A stretch of 40,478 nt of DNA from Thioalkalivibrio sp. (GTDB lineage Bacteria > Pseudomonadota > Gammaproteobacteria > SpSt-1174): assembly GCA_011046015.1 (NCBI GenBank), contig DSBO01000164.1, positions 1-40,478 of the forward strand, read 5' to 3'. Positions 27,068 through 37,552 of the stretch are shown here, piece after piece. The position numbers and the translations under genes were made by a program. The notes beneath the pieces are model-generated. The model was not told where the DNA came from and searched no databases. It saw only the letters and a program-made list of their open reading frames with translations. Position 1 is the first letter of the stretch. Every line of letters begins with the position of its first letter.

Positions 27068-28525
27068 TTAGTGGGGCTGGCGAATCAGCGACTTGTACAG
27101 GTCGCGATAGGCGCGGGCGCTGCGCTGCCAGCTGAAGTCGCGGATCATGCCCTGCTGCATCAGGCGTCGCCATGCGGCAGGGCGCGCATAGAGTTTCAGT
27201 GCGCGTTGCAGGGCCTCGCGCAGGGCCAGCGGGTCGTCCAGCTCGAAGCTGAAGCCGGTGGCCGTCCCGTCCTTCAGGGTCGCGGGGGTGCTGTCGACGA
27301 CGGTGTCGGCCAGCCCGCCGGTACGGCGTACCACGGGCGGGGTGCCGTAACGCAGGCTATACATCTGGTTCAGCCCGCAGGGCTCGAAGCGCGAAGGCAT
27401 GACGAAGAGGTCAGCGCCGGCCTCGACGAGGTGGGCGTGTCCTTCGCTGTAGCCGATGTGACCCGCCACGCGGTCGGGGAAGGTGGCGATCAGGTCACGC
27501 ACGCGCCGCTCCAGGGCCGCCTCGCCGGTGCCGAGGATTACCAGCTGCAGGTCTTCCTGCGCCAGCAGCGGCAGCACGGCGTCGAGCAGCAGGTCGACGC
27601 CCTTCTGCTCCACCAGGCGGCCGATGAAGGCGAACAGCGGGGTGCGCGCGCGGACGGGAAGTCCGAAGGCCTCCTGCAGGGCATGCTTGTTGCTTAGTTT
27701 CTGTTCGAGCGTGTCGCTGCTGTAGGGCGTATGGATGTAGGGGTCGGTCTGCGGATTCCATTCCTCGTAGTCGATGCCGTTGAGGATGCCGGTGAGCCGG
27801 TCGCGCCGGTAGGCGAGCAGCCCCTCGAGGCCGTAGCCGTGGCGCGGGGTCTGGATCTCCTCGGCGTAGCTCGGGCTCACCGTGGTCAGGTGGTCGGCGA
27901 ATACCAGCCCGCCCTTGATGAAGGACAGCTGGCCGTGGAACTCGAGGCCGTCGATGTGCCAAAGGCCCGAATCCAGGCCCAGTTCTGCCAGGGTCTGTGG
28001 CGGGAACAGGCCCTGGTAGGCGAGGTTGTGGATGGTGAACAGGGTGCCCGGGCGCTCGTCATGGGCGGCGAGCAGGGCGGGCACCAGGCCGGTCTGCCAG
28101 TCGTTGCAGTGCACGACGTCCGGCTGCCAGTCGAGCCCCGCCTGGTTCAGCGCCGCGCGCACCACGGCCTGGGCGAAGAGACCGAAGCGCAGCGCGTTGT
28201 CCTGCCAGTCACGCCCGTCGGGGGCGCGGTAGGGGTCGCCGGCGCGCTCGAAGAACAGCGGCGCATCGACCAGGTACAGCGGCAGCCGCGTGGAGGGCAG
28301 GCGACCGCGCAGGATGCGCACCGGCCCCGGGAACGGGGGTAGCTCCAGCTCCGCCATGACGCGCAGGCGCGCGACGCGTTCACGCGCCGCGGGATAGGCC
28401 GGCAGGATCAGGCGCACGTCCTGGCGCAGTGCCTTGAGCGCGCGCGGCAGGCTGCCGCTGACATCGCCGAGGCCCCCGGTCTTGATCAGGGGGAAGGCTT
28501 CGCTGGTGGCAAACAGGATTTTCAT
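27068..28525 (-). CDS. glgA: Glycogen synthase (ADP-glucose type)
   Basis: MKILFATSEAFPLIKTGGLGDV..., 485 aa, GT5 architecture. Confidence 0.95.
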   Translation of the reverse strand: MKILFATSEAFPLIKTGGLGDVSGSLPRALKALRQDVRLILPAYPAARERVARLRVMAELELPPFPGPVRILRGRLPSTRLPLYLVDAPLFFERAGDPYRAPDGRDWQDNALRFGLFAQAVVRAALNQAGLDWQPDVVHCNDWQTGLVPALLAAHDERPGTLFTIHNLAYQGLFPPQTLAELGLDSGLWHIDGLEFHGQLSFIKGGLVFADHLTTVSPSYAEEIQTPRHGYGLEGLLAYRRDRLTGILNGIDYEEWNPQTDPYIHTPYSSDTLEQKLSNKHALQEAFGLPVRARTPLFAFIGRLVEQKGVDLLLDAVLPLLAQEDLQLVILGTGEAALERRVRDLIATFPDRVAGHIGYSEGHAHLVEAGADLFVMPSRFEPCGLNQMYSLRYGTPPVVRRTGGLADTVVDSTPATLKDGTATGFSFELDDPLALREALQRALKLYARPAAWRRLMQQGMIRDFSWQRSARAYRDLYKSLIRQPH

Positions 28526-28652
28526 GACAGGCGGGTTCGAAACGGCTCGATGCGGATTTCACCAAAGCGTTACACGCGTGTGGCACGGTGGACGGGCCGT
28601 TCGCGAAGGTGCTTTACTTTACGGAAATATCAACGAGCAAGCGAGGGTTAAC

Positions 28653-29564
28653 ATGCAGCTGGCAATGATAGGCCTGGGACGCATGGGCGGCAATATGGCG
28701 CGGCGTCTGTCGCGTGCGGGACACAGCGTGGTGGGCGTGGACCGCGACCCGGCGGTGGCTAAGCGGCTCGAGCAGGAGGATGGCGTCGTCCCGGCGGCCA
28801 CGGTGGCTGAGGCCATCGGCCGGCTGGAGGCGCCGCGCGTCGTGTGGCTCATGCTGCCGGCCGGGGAGATCACCGAGCAGACCCTCAAGGAGATGATTCC
28901 GCTGCTCGAGCCCGAGGATATCGTCATCGACGGCGGCAACGCCTGGTATCGGGACAGCATCCGCCGCGGACAGATGCTGGCCGAGCATGGCATCCGCTAC
29001 GCGGACGCCGGTACCTCGGGCGGCGTGTGTGGGCTGGACAACGGCTACTGCATGATGGTGGGCGCGGAGGCGTCGGTGTTTCGTACCATCGAGCCGGTGA
29101 TCCGCGCGCTCGCCCCGGGCGAGGACCGCGGCTGGGCGCACGTGGGGCCGGTGGGTTCCGGTCACTTCACCAAGATGGTCCACAACGGCATCGAGTACGG
29201 CATGATGCAGGCCATGGCCGAGGGGCTGGCGATCCTCAAGGCCAAGGAGGAGTTTGCGCTCGATCTGGCGCAGATCACCGAGATGTGGCGCCACGGCTCG
29301 GTGGTGCGCAGCTGGCTGCTGGACCTCACCGCGGAGGCCTTTGCCCAGGACCAGGAGCTGGCCGACATCGCGCCGGTGGTGGCCGATTCCGGCGAGGGCC
29401 GCTGGACGGTGCTGGAGGCCGTCGAGCTGGGTGTGGCCGCACCGGTAATCGCGGGCTCGCTGTGGACGCGCTTCGACAGTCAGGATGACGAGGCCTATGG
29501 CAACCGCGTACTCGCGATCATGCGGCGCGCCTTCGGCGGTCACGCCATTACCAAGGGCGACTAG
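28653..29564 (+). CDS. gnd: 6-phosphogluconate dehydrogenase, short (~300 aa) decarboxylating type
   Basis: MQLAMIGLGRMGGNMARRL, GSGHFTKMVHNGIEYGMMQAMAEG. Start at internal ATG 28653 of ORF 28434..29564. Confidence 0.85.
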   Translation: MQLAMIGLGRMGGNMARRLSRAGHSVVGVDRDPAVAKRLEQEDGVVPAATVAEAIGRLEAPRVVWLMLPAGEITEQTLKEMIPLLEPEDIVIDGGNAWYRDSIRRGQMLAEHGIRYADAGTSGGVCGLDNGYCMMVGAEASVFRTIEPVIRALAPGEDRGWAHVGPVGSGHFTKMVHNGIEYGMMQAMAEGLAILKAKEEFALDLAQITEMWRHGSVVRSWLLDLTAEAFAQDQELADIAPVVADSGEGRWTVLEAVELGVAAPVIAGSLWTRFDSQDDEAYGNRVLAIMRRAFGGHAITKGD

Positions 29565-29570
29565 GCGGCA

Positions 29571-31055
29571 ATGCCCATCGAGCCCTGCACCTTCGTTATC
29601 TTCGGCGCCACCGGCAACCTCGCCGCCCTCAAGCTGCTGCCCGCGCTCTATCACCTGGAAGAGGACGGGCGACTGCCGGCGGGCGTCAAGGTGCTCGGGG
29701 TGGGGCGTCGCGACTGGAGCGCCGACGACTGGCGGGTCGAGGTCGAGGCCCATCTCGCCACGCGGGCCCGCAAGGGTGGGCTCGATGCCGAGGTCTTCGC
29801 GCGCTTTCGCCAGCGACTGCACTTCCAGCGGGGCGACCTGCGCCAGGACGCGGACTACGCGGCCCTGCGCCGACGCCTCGACGAGGATGCGGCCCTGCCC
29901 GCCCATGCCGTGTTCTACATGGCCATCCCGCCGGCCGAATATGCCGAGGTGGCGCAGCGCCTGGCCGCGCAGGGCCTGCACGAACAGGGCCGGGGCTGGC
30001 GCCGGCTGGTGGTGGAGAAGCCCTTCGGATACGACCTCGAGAGCGCCCAGACCCTGGAGCAGAGCCTGCACCGGCACTTCACCGAGCAGCAGATCTTTCG
30101 CATCGATCATTACCTGGGCAAGGGCACGATCCAGAATATCCTCGTGTTCCGTTTCGCCAACCTGCTGCTCGAGCCGCTGTGGAACCGCAACTACATCGAC
30201 CACGTACAGATCGTGCACGCCGAGTCGCGTGGCATCGAGGGGCGAGCGGCCTACTACGATGGCGCGGGCGCGCTGCGCGACATGATCCAGTCACACCTGC
30301 TGCAGATGCTCACGCTGGTGGCGATGGAGCCGCCGTCCTCGCTCGAGGGCGAGGCATTGCGCGACGAAAAGGTGAAGGTGCTGCGTTCCATTCGCCCCAT
30401 CACGCCCTCGGCCGTGCACGATCACGCCTTTCGCGCCCAGTACGCGCGGGGCGCGGTGCACGATGAAAGCGTGCGCGCCTACCGCGAGGAGGAGGGCGTC
30501 GCGCCCGACAGCCTCACCGAGACCTATGCCGCGCTCAAGCTCTACATCGACAACTGGCGCTGGCGCGGCGTGCCCTTCTACCTGCGCACGGGCAAGCGCA
30601 TGGCGACCGACAGCGCGATGGTGAGTATTCGCTTCAAGTATCCGCCGCAGCAGCTGTTTCGCGACACCACCATGGACCGCATCCGTCCCAACTGGCTGCT
30701 GCTCGGCATCCAGCCCGACGAGTGCATTCGCCTGGAGATGCAGGTGAAGCACGCCGGGCTCGAGATGAAGGCGCGGACCACCCAGCTCGATGCCAGCTAC
30801 TGCGCGCACGACGACGTGAAGATCGATGCCTACGAGGCACTCTTGCTGGACGTAATACAGGGTGAGCGCTCGCTGTTTCTCCGCTATGATGAGGTTGAGT
30901 GGGCCTGGCGCGTGGTCGACCCCGTGCTCAAGGTGTGGAACAACGAACGCGAGTTCATCCACAGCTACCCGGCGGGCAGCTGGGGGCCGGCGGAATCGGC
31001 GCGACTGTTTGATGCCGACGACCAGGCCTGGCGCAACAGCGTTGACAAGGAATAA
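29571..31055 (+). CDS. zwf: Glucose-6-phosphate 1-dehydrogenase
   Basis: [34 protein letters not shown]. 494 aa. Confidence 0.95.
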   Translation: MPIEPCTFVIFGATGNLAALKLLPALYHLEEDGRLPAGVKVLGVGRRDWSADDWRVEVEAHLATRARKGGLDAEVFARFRQRLHFQRGDLRQDADYAALRRRLDEDAALPAHAVFYMAIPPAEYAEVAQRLAAQGLHEQGRGWRRLVVEKPFGYDLESAQTLEQSLHRHFTEQQIFRIDHYLGKGTIQNILVFRFANLLLEPLWNRNYIDHVQIVHAESRGIEGRAAYYDGAGALRDMIQSHLLQMLTLVAMEPPSSLEGEALRDEKVKVLRSIRPITPSAVHDHAFRAQYARGAVHDESVRAYREEEGVAPDSLTETYAALKLYIDNWRWRGVPFYLRTGKRMATDSAMVSIRFKYPPQQLFRDTTMDRIRPNWLLLGIQPDECIRLEMQVKHAGLEMKARTTQLDASYCAHDDVKIDAYEALLLDVIQGERSLFLRYDEVEWAWRVVDPVLKVWNNEREFIHSYPAGSWGPAESARLFDADDQAWRNSVDKE

Positions 31056-31114
31056 CCCAAGGGCATGCAACCACCGTCTCCGGTACGCGATCAGTCACGG
31101 GGTGACGACGATCG

Positions 31115-32767
31115 ATGACGATCCCGACGACCACATCCGGCTGGGCGCACCTCGCGGCGCATTACGACGCGATGAAGAATCGCCACATGCGCGATTTCTT
31201 CCGCGACGACCCCGAGCGGTTCGACCGCTACACGGTCCGCTTCGAAGACATTCTGCTCGACTATTCCAAGAACCGCGTGGTCGACGAGACCCTGCAGTAC
31301 CTGTTCGAGCTCGCGCGCGAGATGGCGGTCGAGGAGTGGCGCGACGCCATGCTGCGCGGCGATCCGATCAACAACACCGAACAGCGTGCCGTGCTGCACA
31401 CCGCGCTGCGCCATCGCGGCAGCACCCCGGTCTATCTCGACGGCGAGGACGTGATGCCGCTGGTGCGCGGCGTGCTCGCGCGCCTGCGCGCATTCTCCGA
31501 ACGCGTGCGCAGCGGCGAATGGAAAGGCTTTACCGGCGAGCCGGTCACGGATGTCGTCAACATCGGCATCGGTGGCTCCGACCTCGGGCCGCGCATGGTC
31601 TGCGAGGCGCTCAAGCCCTATGGCCACGAGCGCCTGCGCCTGCACTTCGTCTCCAACGTGGACGGTACCGACATCAGCGAGACCCTCAAGCGGGTCGATC
31701 CGCGTACGACGCTGTTCATCATCGCCTCCAAGACCTTCACCACCCAGGAGACGCTGACCAACGCCCACACCGCGCGTGACTGGCTGCTGCAGGCCTGCGC
31801 GGGCGATACCTCGGCCATCGCCCGGCACTTCGTCGCCGTGTCCACCAACCGCGAGGGGGTGACCGGTTTCGGCATCGATGCCGAGAACATGTTCGAGTTC
31901 TGGGACTGGGTGGGCGGGCGATACTCGCTGTGGTCGGCCATCGGACTGCCCATCGTGCTCGCCGTGGGTATGGACCGCTTCGAGGAGCTCCTGGCCGGTG
32001 CGCACGCGATGGATCGGCACTTCCAGGAGGCCGAACTCGAAGCCAACCTGCCGGTGATCCTGGCCCTGCTCGGTGTGTGGTACAACAACTTCTTCGGCGC
32101 GCAGGCGCATGCCATCCTGCCATACGATCAGTATCTCTCGTTGCTGCCGCGCTACCTGCAGCAGGCCGACATGGAGAGCAACGGCAAGTACATCGACCGC
32201 GACGGACGTCGTGTCGGTTATTCCACCGGCCCCATCATCTGGGGTCAGGCCGGCACCAACGGGCAGCACGCCTTCTACCAGTTGATCCACCAGGGCACCA
32301 AGCTGATCCCGGCCGACTTCCTCGCCCCCGCCGAGTCGCACCACCCGGTGGGTGAACATCATCGCATCCTGCTTTCCAATTTTTTCGCCCAGCCCGAGGC
32401 GCTGATGAAGGGGCGCAGCCTTGCCCAGGCGCGCAAGGAAGTGAAGAAGCTCGGTCTCTCGCCGGAAGACATGGACGTGCGCCTGCCGCACATGGTCTTC
32501 GAGGGCAATCGCCCCACCAATAGCATCCTGTTCCGCAAACTCACGCCGCATACCCTGGGCGCGCTCATCGCCATGTACGAGCACAAGATCTTCACCCAGG
32601 GCGTGATCTGGCATGTGAACTCCTTCGACCAGTGGGGCGTGGAGCTGGGCAAGACGCTGGCGAAGAAGGTGCTGAAGGAGCTGAGGGACGACGCGCCGGT
32701 GGAGGGGCACGATGCCTCCACCAACGGGCTCATCAACTACTACAAGGCGTTGCGCGGCGAGTTGTGA
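31115..32767 (+). CDS. pgi: Glucose-6-phosphate isomerase
   Basis: [46 protein letters not shown]. 550 aa. Confidence 0.95.
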   Translation: MTIPTTTSGWAHLAAHYDAMKNRHMRDFFRDDPERFDRYTVRFEDILLDYSKNRVVDETLQYLFELAREMAVEEWRDAMLRGDPINNTEQRAVLHTALRHRGSTPVYLDGEDVMPLVRGVLARLRAFSERVRSGEWKGFTGEPVTDVVNIGIGGSDLGPRMVCEALKPYGHERLRLHFVSNVDGTDISETLKRVDPRTTLFIIASKTFTTQETLTNAHTARDWLLQACAGDTSAIARHFVAVSTNREGVTGFGIDAENMFEFWDWVGGRYSLWSAIGLPIVLAVGMDRFEELLAGAHAMDRHFQEAELEANLPVILALLGVWYNNFFGAQAHAILPYDQYLSLLPRYLQQADMESNGKYIDRDGRRVGYSTGPIIWGQAGTNGQHAFYQLIHQGTKLIPADFLAPAESHHPVGEHHRILLSNFFAQPEALMKGRSLAQARKEVKKLGLSPEDMDVRLPHMVFEGNRPTNSILFRKLTPHTLGALIAMYEHKIFTQGVIWHVNSFDQWGVELGKTLAKKVLKELRDDAPVEGHDASTNGLINYYKALRGEL

Positions 32768-32880
32768 GTTGCAAGTCGCAAGTTACAAGTCGCGGGTCGT
32801 GGGTCCGTTGCGGCGGGCGCGGCCCACGTCCTATTTTGACGGTCTTGTAACTTGCGACTTGTGACCCGCGACGTCTTGCC
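32764..32880. repeat. Two inverted arrays of degenerate heptamers (GCAAGTC-like) with an 18-bp perfect inverted core (32772-32789 / 32844-32861)
   Basis: Left array is gtgagtt gcaagtc gcaagtt acaagtc gcgggtc gtgggtc (32764-32805). Right array, read on the reverse strand, is gcaagac (gtc) gcgggtc acaagtc gcaagtt acaagac (32880-32845). CAAGTCGCAAGTTACAAG equals the reverse complement of CTTGTAACTTGCGACTTG. Confidence 0.85.
32798..32837 (+). terminator. pgi terminator-like hairpin (CGTGGGTCC...GGCCCACG) followed by TCCTATTTT
   Basis: Read directly. It sits in the loop between the two heptamer arrays. The queG stop codon (32831-32833) lies in the T-tract. Confidence 0.55.
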
Positions 32881-33949
32881 CGTGCCGCGCCAGCGCCCAG
32901 TGCACATGCTCGCGCACCAGTGCCGAGGGGTCGGCGGCGCGTGATCTGAGCGCGCTGACAACGGCCTCGCTGGTCGGGGCATTGCCCAGGGCCACGGCGA
33001 TGTTGCGCAGCCAGCGTTCGTGGCCGATGCGCCGGATCGCCGAGCCTTCCATGCGTGCGAGGAATTCCGCCTCGTTCCAGGCAAACAAGTCGCAGAGGCT
33101 GGCCGCGTCCAGGCCGTGGCGGGCGGCGAAGTCGGCGAGTTCGGTGGGTTGGGAGAAACGGTTCCAGGGGCAGACCAGCTGGCAGTCGTCGCAGCCATAG
33201 ATGCGGTTGCCGATCAGTGGGCGGAATTCCTCGGGGATCGGGCCCTGCAGCTCAATGGTGTGGTAGGAGATGCAGCGCCGCGCGTCGAGTTGATACGGGC
33301 CGACGATGGCCCGGGTCGGGCAGGCCTCGATGCAGGCGGTGCAGGTGCCGCAGTGCGCCTCGCCCGGTGCGTCAACCGGCAGGGGCAGGTCGGTATAGAG
33401 CTCGCCGAGGAAGTACCAGGAGCCGGCCTCCCGGCTCAGCAGGTTGGTGTGCTTGCCGATCCAGCCCAGTCCCGCCTTCTCGGCCAGGGCCTTTTCCAGC
33501 ACCGGCGCGCTGTCCACGAAGGCGCGGTAGCCGAAGGGGCCGGTCGCTGCCTTGATGCGGTCGGCCAGGCGTTGCAGGCGGTTGCGCATCAACTTGTGGT
33601 AGTCACGCCCCAGCGCGTAGCGCGAGATGTAGGCACGGTTGCCGTCGTCCAGCACCGATTCGGCCGGCGCCGCACCGGGCGGGCGGTAGTCCATGCGCAC
33701 GGAGATCACGCGGACCGTGCCGGGCACCAGCTCGGCCGGCCGGCTGCGACGCGTGCCGTGACGCGCCATGTACTCCATCTCGCCGTGCCAGCCGCGATCC
33801 AGCCAGTCGAGCAGGCGCGCCTCGTGTTCGGCGAGATCCGTGTCGGCGATGCCCGCCGCGCTGAAGCCGAGCTCAACGGCCCAGCGCCGGATGTCGGCGG
33901 CGAGTGCGGCGGGGTCGAGGTGGGGACGGGTCACGGTATCGGCGGTCAT
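32831..33949 (-). CDS. queG: Epoxyqueuosine reductase QueG
   Basis: CGTCTACIEACPT and CDDCQLVCPWN ferredoxin motifs, GWIGKHTNLL, HEAT-like C-terminus. Start at ATG 33949 (MTADTV...). The rest of the 926-aa ORF is antisense to nnr. Confidence 0.9.
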   Translation of the reverse strand: MTADTVTRPHLDPAALAADIRRWAVELGFSAAGIADTDLAEHEARLLDWLDRGWHGEMEYMARHGTRRSRPAELVPGTVRVISVRMDYRPPGAAPAESVLDDGNRAYISRYALGRDYHKLMRNRLQRLADRIKAATGPFGYRAFVDSAPVLEKALAEKAGLGWIGKHTNLLSREAGSWYFLGELYTDLPLPVDAPGEAHCGTCTACIEACPTRAIVGPYQLDARRCISYHTIELQGPIPEEFRPLIGNRIYGCDDCQLVCPWNRFSQPTELADFAARHGLDAASLCDLFAWNEAEFLARMEGSAIRRIGHERWLRNIAVALGNAPTSEAVVSALRSRAADPSALVREHVHWALARHGQDVAGHKSQVTRPSK

Positions 33950-33964
33950 CACGGGCTGCAGGTC

Positions 33965-33973
33965 TGGTAAAGT
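33965..33973 (+). promoter_or_regulatory. Extended -10-like element TGGTAAAGT in the queG/nnr divergent spacer
   Basis: Read directly. About 50 nt upstream of ATG 34022. Confidence 0.3.
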
Positions 33974-34021
33974 GTAACGTCTTATGGCTGCCCACTTCAT
34001 TGCCGCGTGCCGGATCAGCGC

Positions 34022-35523
<1,502 letters not shown>

Positions 35524-35527
<4 letters not shown>

Positions 35528-35997
35528 ACGACGTAGCGAGCACCCGAATGTACCGGGTCGAGTCCGCCGAGGCCATGGAGGCGCTGGGGGCGCAGCTGGC
35601 GAGCGCCGCACGCGCGCCGCTGGTGGTGTTCCTCGAGGGTGAGCTGGGTGCCGGCAAGACCACCCTGGTGCGCGGCTGGCTGCGCGAGCTGGGGCACGCG
35701 GGGGCGGTGAAGAGCCCCACCTACACCCTGGTCGAGCCCTACGAACTGCCGGGCGGAAATGTCTATCATTTTGATCTGTATCGACTTTCCGATGCCGAAG
35801 AGCTGGAGTACATGGGCATCCGCGAGTACCTCGCGGGCGATGCCGTGGCGTTGATCGAGTGGCCGGAACGGGGGCGGGGCGTGTTGCCGGGCGCCGACCT
35901 GGTCGTGGCCATCGCCTATCGCGCGGAGGGGCGCGATGTCCGTCTGGGCGCCCTGACGCCAGCCGGGCAGGCCATGCTGGGGCGGCTCCTACCCTAG
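35524..35997 (+). CDS. tsaE: tRNA t6A37 biosynthesis ATPase TsaE
   Basis: FLEGELGAGKTTLVRG, SPTYTLVEPY, HFDLYRL. ATGA overlap with the nnr stop. Confidence 0.9.
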
Positions 35998-36117
35998 GAT
36001 ATTTCGAGAAAGTTCGCCTATCTATATAAAATCATTGGATTTTGGGCTTGCTTTTCTGATTTGATTGCCTACACAATACTCACGGGCACCAGAATTTCGC
36101 CCGGGGAGGCTGTGACA

Positions 36118-37479
36118 GTGGGTATATCGAGGCACAATGCGCATCGCCGCTTGTTCCTGCGGCGTCTGATCGCCATGTCGGCCGGGGCGTCGGCCGCCCT
36201 GACGGCGCCGCGCCTGTTCGCCAGCGAGCCCGTGGTCGTCAGCGGCGTGCGCTTCTCGTCCCAGAATGGCGCGACCCGCGTGGTCTTCGACCTCAGCGGC
36301 GCCAGCGACCACAGCATCTTTTCCCTGCACGGTCCCGAGCGCGTGGTGCTCGATCTCAAGAACGCCCGGGTCCGTGACGCCCTCGACCTCTTTGCCCTGC
36401 CCAATTCCGTGGTCCGGCAGATCCGCCATGCCCCGCGCAATACCACCGACCTGCGCGTGGTGCTGGATCTGAAATCCGCCGTCAAACCACGTAGCTTCCT
36501 GCTCAAGCCCGACCCGGGTAGCGGTGCCGGGTATCGCCTGGTCGTCGATCTGGAGACCGGCTCGGGCGCGCAGCAGCCCGTGCTGACCGCCAACGGTGCC
36601 GATACCTCGGCCCTGCGTGATGTCATCGTGGCCATCGACGCCGGGCACGGCGGGCGCGACCCGGGCGCGGTGGGCAAGCTGGGCACCCGCGAGAAGGACG
36701 TGGTGCTGGCCGTTGCGCGCAAGCTCGAGGCCCTGCTGAAGAAAGAGAAGGGCATCAAGCCCGTGCTGATCCGCAGCGGCGACGAGTACCTCGCCCTGCG
36801 CGAGCGGATTCGCCGGGCGCGCGTGGCCAAGGCCGACCTGTTCGTCTCCATCCACGCCGATGCCTCGCCGGACTCCCGCGTACACGGCTCCTCCGTGTAC
36901 GTGCTCTCGCAGAACGGGGCGACCAGCGAGGCGGCCCGCTGGCTGGCCGAGCGTGAGAACTCGGCCGACCTGATCGGCGGCGTGAGCCTGGACGACAAGG
37001 ACGAGTTGCTCGCCTCGGTGCTGCTGGATCTCTCGCAGTCGGCCACCATCGAGGCCAGCATGGATCTCGCCGGTGACATGCTGGCCGAGCTCGATTCCGT
37101 GGGCCAGATCCGTCGCCGGCGCATCGAGCAGGCCGGCTTTGCCGTGCTCAAATCGCCGGATATCCCCTCGGTGCTGGTGGAGACCGCGTTCATCAGCAAC
37201 CCGACCGAAGAGAAGCGTCTGCGTACGCCCGCCCACCAGCAAAAGCTGGCCGAGGCGCTGCGCAACGGGGTGGTGCGTTACTTCCGCGGCCACGCACCGC
37301 CCGGCACCTGGCTCGCCCAGGCCCGTGACAACCGCTACGTGATCCGCAACGGCGACACCCTGTCGCACATCGCGGACCGCTTCCGGGTGAGCATCAACGA
37401 CCTGCGTAGCGTCAACGGCCTGCGCAACGACCGCCTACAGGTCGGCCAGGTGCTGATGATCCCCTCCAGCGATACCTGA
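36118..37479 (+). CDS. amiB: N-acetylmuramoyl-L-alanine amidase with Tat-like signal, AMIN domain, amidase_3 domain and C-terminal LysM
   Basis: RRLFLRRLIAMSAGASAALTAPRLFA, VAIDAGHGGRDPGAVG, LysM YVIRNGDTLSHIADRF...VGQVLMIP. GTG 36118 follows GGGGAGG; the ORF track starts at TTG 36061. The symbol is assigned from the tsaE-amiB-mutL synteny. Confidence 0.8.
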   Translation: MGISRHNAHRRLFLRRLIAMSAGASAALTAPRLFASEPVVVSGVRFSSQNGATRVVFDLSGASDHSIFSLHGPERVVLDLKNARVRDALDLFALPNSVVRQIRHAPRNTTDLRVVLDLKSAVKPRSFLLKPDPGSGAGYRLVVDLETGSGAQQPVLTANGADTSALRDVIVAIDAGHGGRDPGAVGKLGTREKDVVLAVARKLEALLKKEKGIKPVLIRSGDEYLALRERIRRARVAKADLFVSIHADASPDSRVHGSSVYVLSQNGATSEAARWLAERENSADLIGGVSLDDKDELLASVLLDLSQSATIEASMDLAGDMLAELDSVGQIRRRRIEQAGFAVLKSPDIPSVLVETAFISNPTEEKRLRTPAHQQKLAEALRNGVVRYFRGHAPPGTWLAQARDNRYVIRNGDTLSHIADRFRVSINDLRSVNGLRNDRLQVGQVLMIPSSDT

Positions 37480-37485
37480 TTGCGC

Positions 37486-37521
37486 GTGCCGCGCCGCGCC
37501 ATCGGGCGGCGCGGTGCTTTA
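37486..37521 (+). terminator. Terminator-like hairpin after the amidase gene (12-bp GC-rich stem with two G-U pairs, 8-nt loop) followed by TTTAT
   Basis: 37486-37497 pairs with 37506-37517, read directly. Confidence 0.45.
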
Positions 37522-37552
37522 TGCCGGCGGCGTGAGTCTATATTCTTCACGC

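Noticed and set aside
28534-28542. tRNA T-loop-like GGTTCGAAA in the glgA/gnd spacer
   Set aside because: The flanking bases do not form a T-stem (GCGGG versus CGGCT) and no acceptor or anticodon arms can be drawn. I found no tRNA, rRNA or tmRNA anywhere in the window.
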